Part shown: positions 47,001 through 56,000 of the stretch, in pieces
How positions within the stretch are numbered: position 1 is the first letter of the stretch
How the letters are laid out: each line of letters opens with the position of its first letter
Source of the DNA: Candidatus Multivoradales bacterium
Lineage (GTDB): Bacteria; Acidobacteriota; Thermoanaerobaculia; Multivoradales; J023
Assembly: GCA_965248925.1 (NCBI GenBank)
Contig: CBDFLE010000004.1
Location: forward strand, 160,001-224,000
DNA length: 64,000 nucleotides
Direction: 5' to 3'
Position numbers and translations under genes: made by a program
The notes under the pieces: model-generated
Told to the model about the DNA's origin: nothing
Database searches by the model: none
What the model saw: only the letters and a program-made list of their open reading frames with translations

Positions 47001-50000
47001 AGCTATCTCTGTGCGCCGGCTATCACCCTTGCCGGCAGTGCCGAGCCTGGTGCTTGGATCGAGGTAGATGGCGGGGCCTCAGTAGGAGCGGGGCAGGTGG
47101 CAGACGATGGCCGTTTCGCCATCAGCGTCGTGCTGCTGCCCGAGGGGCCGAATCACCTGACGGTGATCGCCGTCGACGCCGCGGGCAACCCCTCGCCCGC
47201 GACGAGCGCCGATATCGTCCACGATTGCACCGCGCCGGAGGTGCTGGGTGCCAGCCGGGAGGCGGCGGGATTCCGCATCGCCCTCAGCGAGACGGTCGAT
47301 CCGCTGACCTTGAGCGGCTCGGTGCGGGTGTACGACAGTGGCGTGGAGATCGCCGGCACGGTGAGCGCCGCGGTCAATGCTGGCGCTGGCGAGCTGATCT
47401 GGACGGCCACTGCGGCACTGCCATCCGTCGCTCTGCTGGTCGAGGTCGAAGGAGCTTTGGCGGACCTGGCCGGCAACCCGTTGGCTTTCCCCTACCGGCA
47501 ACTCTTCGATATAGCGCTGGGCGGTAGCTTCTTCTCTGGCACCGCTATCGACGACGCCTCCGGCCGGCCGCTGGGCGGGGTGCGGGCGGTGGTGACGGCC
47601 AGCGACGGGGTGGCCCTGGCCGAGCCCTGGCCGGAGCAGACCAGCGGCGAGGACGGTCGCCTGGTGATCGCTCTGCCCGCCGGCACTCACGACGTGACCT
47701 TTGCCCGGCCGGGCTACACGCCGGTGTTTCGGGTGGTGACGACGGTCGACGGCCAAGGCACGGACGTTTTCGACCCTCGCCTGACGCCGGCCGCGGCGGC
47801 GGTGTCGATAGATGCATCGGGTGGCTTGGTGGAGGGCTCTTCCGAGGTCGGCACGGCGCCGCGTCTCACCCTTCCGCCCGCCGGCCTGGCGTCGGCTGCG
47901 GCGGTGCGCCTGACGGCGGTGGGCGGCCAGGGGCTGGCCGCCTTGCTGCCCTACGGCTGGGCACCGCGGGGTGCCGTCTGGGTGGATCTCTCGGCCGTGA
48001 ATCTGGATAGTTCCGCGACCCTCGATCTGCCGGTGACCTCGCCCGACGGGACGGTCCTGGAAGCGGTGACTCTCGATCTCGCCACCCTGCAATGGCGTTC
48101 GCTGGGGGTGGTGACGGTGAGCGGCGGCGAGGTCACGATGACCGTCGACGGCGAAGGAGCCTGGGCGGCGGTGGAAGCCGACTCGGGAGCTTTGGCGCCG
48201 CCCCCGGCGGTCGCTGGCCAGATGCTGGGCTCCTCGGCCGCGCCGCCGTCCGGCGGGGTGACTAGCGCCAGCCTGAGCTTCGATCCCGAGGTGGTCTTGC
48301 CGACGCAGCGCAGCTGGGTACAGGTGCTCTACGGGCTGGCGGCGGAGGTGCCGAGCGGGGTGCCGCTGACTTTGTCGATCGAGGAGCGGCTGGAGCTACT
48401 CGATGGCAGCGTGCGGCGGATCAGTCCCTACAGCGCCGATCTGGTGCTCTACCGCGATTCGCTGGGCGATCCGACCTCGAGGTTCCGCCTGCGGCCTTCG
48501 GCCGCGGCGCGCAGCCTGCCGGTGCGGCTAGGTGCCGAGCAAGTCAGCGTGCGGTCCTACGGTGATGAGACGGTGCGCGGCAACGTGCTCGGCCCCGACG
48601 GCGGGGTGGTGTCGAGTGCCGAGGGCGATCAGGTGGTGTTGCCGACGGGAGCCCTCGAGGAGCCCACGGCGGTGACCCTGAGTCGCCGGACAGTGGCAGA
48701 TCTGCCGCTGGCTCCACCCGCTGGTGGCACGGTCGATGGCGTCTTGGAGCTGGACCTTGCCGGCCGCCGGCTGTTGCTGCCGGCTGAGTTGTCGTGGTCG
48801 CTGACCCCGGCACCGGCTGCTGGCACGCCGGGTTTGTTGCTAGGGGTGGTGGAAGTGGAAGGCGAGCCGCGCTATCGGGCGATTGCCGAGCTGGAAGCCA
48901 CCGGCACGGGCTGGAGGACCCAGGCGATTGACGCTGCCGATCTGGCCTGGCCGGGGGTGCTGGAAGGTGGTTTGTACGTTTTCTTGCGCCTCGATGCGGC
49001 ACCGCGCTTTGTGCGGGGCATGGTGCTTGACCCAGGAGGTGCTCCGGTCGTGGGCGCGGTGGTCGAGTCGACGACGGTGCCTTGGCTCCAGATCTCAGCC
49101 GCCGAGGGTGGCTACGTGCTGCCGATTCTGCTGGATGCCGCCACTCTCAGCGCGCGGCGCGCGGTCACCGGCAACGCGGTGGCGGTGGCGCTGCCGGCCG
49201 GGGTTGCGGCGGAGCGGGTCGATCTCGATTTGCCGCTACAGATCGTGGCGCCGTGGGTCGAGCAGATCACTCCGTCAGCGGGCACCAGCGGAGTGCTGCT
49301 CGGCTTCAATCCAGTGGTGCGTTTCAGCGAGCCGGTGGATCGGGCCTCGCTCGATGGCGCTATCGAGCTGCGCCAGGGGGGCGTGGCGGTGGCGGTGGCA
49401 CTCGATCACCAGGGCGCCCTGGTCACCCTGCTACCGCAGGCGACGCTGGTGCCCGGCAGCGAGTACGAGGTCTGGGTGGGGGCGGCGGTGCGTGACTTGC
49501 AGGGCTATGGGCTGAGCGGCTCGGTGAGCGTGCTGTTTAGCACCGAGGTGGTGGCGACGCCAGCCGGGGTCGATCGCGGGCGGATCTTCCTGGTCGAGCC
49601 CGATGCCCAGGGGCTGGCGCGAGTGGAGGGCCTGGCGGGGGCGGCGCCGGCCGGCACGCTGGTCTTCGTCGAAAACCTGACATCGTTCTCGACCACCGAA
49701 TCTGTACAGAGCGCGGGTGACGGCAGCTTCCTACTGACAATCGGCGCCAGCCTCGACGATCAGCTGCTGCTGCATGTGCTGATCGACGGCGGTAACGAGG
49801 TAGTGATCCTGCTGACTCCGTTCCTGGGCGCCGACCTGCGCACCGGCCTGGCGGGGACGGGGGCGGGGGAGTTTACGACCGCCGATGGAATCACCGTGCG
49901 TTACGCGGCTGGCACCTTCGCCGGGCCGTCCAGGGTGCAGGTGACGCCGATCGCCATGGGCACGCTGGCGGCGGCAGAAGACTTCAGCGAGCTGGTGACC

Positions 50001-53000
50001 TTCCGGCTGGAGATCGCCGGCGCGCAGCCACTGAAGCCGCTGGAAGTGACGATGGCGGCGCCGGCTGGCACCGCACCAGCTGGCACCGCAGCGGGCAGCC
50101 TCTGGCTGCTGCGCCGGCAGCTCGAGATTGCCGATTTACCGTGGATGGTCCACGCCGAGCTGGCTCTCGATGGCGGTGAGCTGAGCACGATCCACACCGT
50201 GGGCGAAGCCCAATCCGCCAACTCCGGCGAGGTGGGTGGCACCAAGTCAGGCACGTTTGACGTGCCGGCCCCTCTGCGGGTACTGAGCCCGGCAGAAGCC
50301 GCCGCGCGGCTGCCGCGCTCGGGCTTCTTGAGCGCTCTGCCGCCTGCTGACCCAGCGGCTCTGGTCGAGGTCGAGCCGCCCCTGGCCGGCTTGGGACCGG
50401 CCAAGGCGACCGTTGTCCCCGTCCTGGCGGACTACCTGGTCGGCGTCTCCCGCCCCGGCATCTACCAGGCAGCGAGGGCCGAGGTCGAGCTGGGTTGGAT
50501 CGCCTTCCCCTTCCGTGGCGCCCAAGATCTGGTGGTGCGCACCGCCGAGTTACCCGAGGTGGTGCTGGCGCTCGATGCCGTCAACCGCTCCTTCCTGCCG
50601 CTAGGCGCCGGTGCCTTGCCGGTTGAACTCAGCCCGACGCCATTGAACGCCGATCCAGCCGCGCCGGGGACCAAGGCGCCGCCAGCGGGCGAGCCCAAGG
50701 CCGACTCGGTGGAGATCCAGGTGCTCGATTTCGCCGGTGTCGAGCTTTACCGGCTGGTGGTCGACGCCCCGACCCAGCAGCTGGTGCTGCTGACCCCCAG
50801 CCAGCTACCCAACGCCGGGCCGCCCATGCCGGTGGGTGGTGGGCCGCTGCGCTTCCATGCATTCGACGTCGCTGAAGGCACCGCTGAGATCGCCGCCGGC
50901 ATCAGCGCCGAGCTGGAGGGTAACTCGCTCACCGTGCGCGGCGAGGCCGGCAGTGCCGGAGCTGGAGTGGCGGTGCGTTTGATCGATCTAGAAAGCTCGA
51001 ACGTGCTCAGCGCTACGGCTTCTCCAGGCGGTAGCTTCAGCGTCGTCGCCAGTCCGTCGCAGCTCGGCGATCAGCTGGTGCTGGCGATCTCGGCCAAGCT
51101 CACTCCCGGCCAGCCGCTGCGCCTCGACTTCTCAGAAGCCTTGCAAGAAGAGGCGCCAGGTATCCGGGTCGAGCACGACGGGATGGCGCTGCCGATCACC
51201 AAAGAGCCTCTGGGCAGCTGGGCACAGCTGCGGATCCATGGCGGCTGGCAGGCTGGCAAGACCTACAACTTGCGCCTGGACTCCACCATGGCCGACGCCG
51301 CCGGCTTGCCTTGGGATACTGACCTGACTCTGCCTTTCGAAGTCGCCGAATCGAGCGCCGGCACTAGCTTCGCGCTCGACGCGGCGCACGACATCGCGCG
51401 CCTCGGCTCGTTGCTCTTCGTGGCCGCCGGCGCCGATGGCCTGGCGGTGCTCGACGCCAGCGACCCGCGCCAGCTGAAGAACTGGCTGGCGGCTGAGACC
51501 TACGTCGATCTGGTCTCGGAGCCAGGTCTACCGGTGCGCGGGGTGGCGACCGACAGCCATGGCCGGGTGGTGGCAGTAGGGGGTGGCGTCGCCCGCCGGG
51601 GGGTGCTGCTGATCCTCGATCCGCAAGAGCTGCCCCAGGGTGCCGCGACGGTGCCCGCGGCGGCGATTCTCGGCCGCACCCTCCTCACCGAGCCCCAGCT
51701 GGCTGGCTCGGGTGCCCCGCCGCTGCTCATCGGTCGGCCGCTGGAGGTCGAAATCTTCAACCGCGACCAGAGCACGACTTGGACGCTGGGGGAGGCGGTG
51801 CCGCCGGGCCTCACCCTGGCCCCGCCCAGTCCACCGAGCGGCACGGCGGCCGTCTCGCTCACGGTCAGCGGCATGGCGACGGCGGAGCGTCCGGTGACCT
51901 TGCGCAATCTCACCACCGGCGAGCGCGACAGCGCTCGCGTCGGCAGTGCTGGTGGCGGCGGTGCTGGCAGTTTCTCCCTGAGTCTCAGCGTGCAGCGCGG
52001 CGACCGCCTGGAGCTACTGCGCAACGAGCTGTCCCTGGCCTACGTGGCAGGTTACGACGCCGGGGTGGTGACGGTGGATCTGAACGCCGTCGAAGCGGCC
52101 GATGAGGAAGTCGACGATCCCTGGGATGCTTTCGATCTGCTGCGCTACAACACCCATTATTTTGTACCGACCGAGGTGCTGTGCTCGACGTTTGAGAACG
52201 ACCAGCGCTTCGACGTGATCGAGGCGCGGGTGCTGCCGGCGGCGTCGGAGGGCGAGCCTTGGAGCGTGCTGGCTCTGGTTGAGAACTATGGCTTGCTGTC
52301 GCTGGGTGCCTCGGTCGCTGCGCCGCTGGACAAGCTGGCCTACCGCGACGCTCTGTGCGGCGAGGTCGATGACAACCGCAAGCTGGGCGGTCTCGACGTG
52401 CTGCCCGGCTACCGTTTCGACCGTAACGGCGACGGTGTGCTGGACGACGATGAGCCCGAGCGTGACTACGCGCTGCTCACCAACACCGTCGGTGGCGGCG
52501 GTCGTGGCTGGCTGCTGATTGTCGATGTCACCGAGCGCGATGAGCTTCGCCGGGTGGGCCGCATCGAGCTGCCCGGCCCGGCGACGCGGGTGACTGCTGA
52601 TCCGGTCGGCCGCCGCGCCCTGGTCTCAGGCCTCGGTGGCGGGGTCTACATCGTCGACCTCGACCGCTGGCCCGAGCTGGGTGGCGGCGGCGGAACCCCT
52701 CAGATCTGGTCGAGCGATCGGGTGGTCGAGCGCTTGAGCTTTGGCGAGGACGTGCGCGCCCCCACCTTGGTGGCGCCGGAGCTGGGCCTGGCCTTCGCCG
52801 GTGGCGTTGCCCGCGGCGTGACCCCCATCAGCACCGGCCTGCCGCGCCTGTCGCTGGTGACCAGCGGCCAGCAGGGACTGCGTCGGGTCGCCCGGCTGGC
52901 GCCATTTGGCGCGCCTACCGCGCCGGAGAGTGCCGAGGAGGGAGCGGAAGAAATACCCGGCGTGATCCGCGTGCAGGCGCAGCTTCCTGGTGGCCTGGCC

Positions 53001-56000
53001 GATGCCGAGGGCAAGATCCGTGTCGACCTCGCGGGCATCGGCCCCGCCGGTTTGCCGGTGCGCGGCCTCGGCGAGGGGCTGATGGACGAGCCCATGGCCG
53101 AGCTGAAAGACGATAAGGCGCTGGTGCTACAACGGCAGTCGGACAACCCCCTGTCAGAGGGCTACAACGTCTTCCTCTCCGACCCGGTGGTGCTGCTGGC
53201 TGACGTGCGCGCCTCGGCGCATTTCGAGCGCTCGGAGGCTGAGAAGAAGGTCTGCCGCCGCTGCGACCTGGTGGACGAGGGGGTCTACTCCGCGGCCGAT
53301 CTACCTCCCAACGAGCTGCATGTCGAGCTGCTGTCGGGTCACCAGGTCCGCGCCAGCTACAGCGCCAGCTTCGCCACCAGCCTCAGCGGGCTTTACAACG
53401 CCGATCTGCTAGCGGGCTACGCCGTCATCGCCGACAGTGTGCCCTGGGATCTCAGCCCCTCGCCGCACCAGGAGCCGGTGCTCAATGCCGCCACTAGCGC
53501 GATGGCGGCGCCGGGCACCCTCCTGCACTCAGGAGAGATGACCCGCCAGGCGATCGACTTAAGCCTCCAAGGCCGGGGATTGGACCTCGCCTTGGTGCGC
53601 ACCTACCGCAGCCAGACAATCAGCAACGGCCCCCTCGGCCCGGGCTGGGATCATGGCTACCGCCTGCGCCTGCGGCTCTTGCCCAATGGCGATATCGACT
53701 TCTTCGACGGCACTGGCCGCCGCGAGACCTTCACCTTGGAAGACGACCGCGAGCTGAAGCCGCCCGTCGGCCGCTTCGTCCAGCTCAAGAAGTACGCCGA
53801 GGGCTACACCCTGATCGGCAGCGGCTACCAGCGCTGGCGTTTCGACCGCTGGGGTCGTTTAGTGTCGATGATCGACTCGGTGCGCACCAGCGAAGGGACC
53901 GGCAACGAGATCACCTTCCACTACGACTCCCACTCGCGCCTGGCGCGAATCCACGACGACCTCGACCGCAACACCTTCCTGCACTACGACGACGAAGGCC
54001 GCCTGGAGAAGATCGTCGACTTCAGTGATCGCGACTTCCTCTACCACTACGACGCCCAGGGAAGATTGACCAGTTTCGAGACCCCAGACGTCGACCTCGG
54101 CAGCGGCAGCAGCCAGCGCCTGTCGACCACCTACGCCTACCATCCCCTTGGCACGGGCCTGGCCGGGCAGCTCACCCAGCGCGATGATCTGAAAAGCGAG
54201 ACCGACGCCAAGAGCCAGACCTGGCTCACCCTGCGGTATCAGGACTCCGACGGCAACGGCCGCCCCGATGCGCTCAAAGAACAAGACTGGGGAGCGGGGA
54301 CAGTGCATTTGGCCTTCGATTTCGACGGCCAGCAGACCACCCTCACCGATCGCCGAGGCAAAGTCTGGACCTACCATCACAACGCTGCTGGGCAGGCCAC
54401 CAGCCTGGTCGATCCGAAGTCAGCCAACGGGTCGTGGCAATACGACGGCGAGGGTCTACTGACCCGCGCCACCCGCCCCCTGGGTGGGGCTACCGAGATC
54501 GAGTATCCGGCGGACACCTCCGGCGACCGCCGCGGCAGAGGCGATGCTCTGCGGATGGTTAAGATCGCCGACAGCCGCGGCCCCAACGGCTCGCCCAGCG
54601 AGCTGGTGACCACCTGGGAATACCACTCGCCGACCCACCAGCCCAGCCGAAAGACCGAGCCCGGTGGCGCGGTGACGGTGTGGGTACGGACGGACAATGG
54701 CCTGCCCCAGCAAATCGTGCGGGCGGCTGGCGCGGCGGAGCAGAGCATCACCGGATTGACCTACAACGCCCGCGGCCAGCTGCTGGAAGCCACTAATCCC
54801 AACGGTCACGTCACCCGCCACAGCTATTTCGCCTCTGGCGGGCAGAAAGGCTATCTGCAGCAAACAGAAGTCGACCCTGGCGGTCTCAGTCTGGTCACCA
54901 CCTACGAGCGCAATGATCGCGGCCAGCTGGAGGCGATCACCGATCCGCGGGGTGTGCGCCATGAGACCGAGCTGAACAATCTGGATTGGCCGCTGGCCCA
55001 AGTAGCCGCCGCCAGCACCAGCGGTTTTCTGGCACCCCTCGGCTACCGCACGACCTGGAGCTACGACGCCAACGGCGACATCAGCGAAGTGGCCAGCCCT
55101 TTCGGCGATGGCTCGACGACGACGATCGAAGCTCGTACTTACGGCGTGCTCGGCGAGCTGCTGTCGGTCGAGAGGGAGGTGGCACCGGGAGGTCGGCGGA
55201 TTGTCGAGACCTCGACCTATGACCCAAACCTGAACCTCTTGACTCACATCGACGGCGCCGGCCAGCGGGTCGAGCGTGAGTACGACGACCGAGGCCAGTT
55301 GTCTCTGGTGCGCCGCGGCTTGGGTACCGGCGCATTGGCGACACCGATTGTCGAGCACCAGAGCTACGACCTGGACGGCCATTTGAGCAGTCAGCGCGAT
55401 GGCCGCGGCATGACCTGGGAGGCCGAGCGCGATGGCCATGGTCGGGTGCTGCGCAGCCGCTCGCCTCTCGGCCACTACCGAGAGCAACGCTACAATCCGG
55501 CCGGCGATCTGGCTGCCCTGCTGGCCTACGATGCCGGGGGGCAGCTGCTAGTCGAGAGTGCTTTTGCCTACGATCTGCTGCACCGCCGCACCGAGACCAC
55601 CGCCTGGCGCTGGACACCGGACCCGCAGCAGCCCGACCCCTCTCGTACCGCTGAGAAGACTCACCATCGGTGGGACGCCGCCAGCAACCTGCTCGAAGTC
55701 GAAGATCCGCTGGGTCGCCTGACCAGGACTTCTTACGATGCTGCCGAGCGCCCCGAGCGAGTGGAGCTGCCCGAGGGCAACGTGCGCCGCACGACCTACG
55801 ATTCTGGTGGCTTGCCGATTACCGAGCATGCCGACGAGGTCGATCCGGCGGGCGGCTCGCACACCATCACCTATCAATCGACTTTCGATGCCCTCGGCCG
55901 CCGCCTCAGCCGCCAAGACGGAATCTTCGCCAACCGCACCCTCTGGACGGTGGATGCTCGCGGCCAAGTGACCCTCGAAGTCGACCCGACCGGTAGTTTC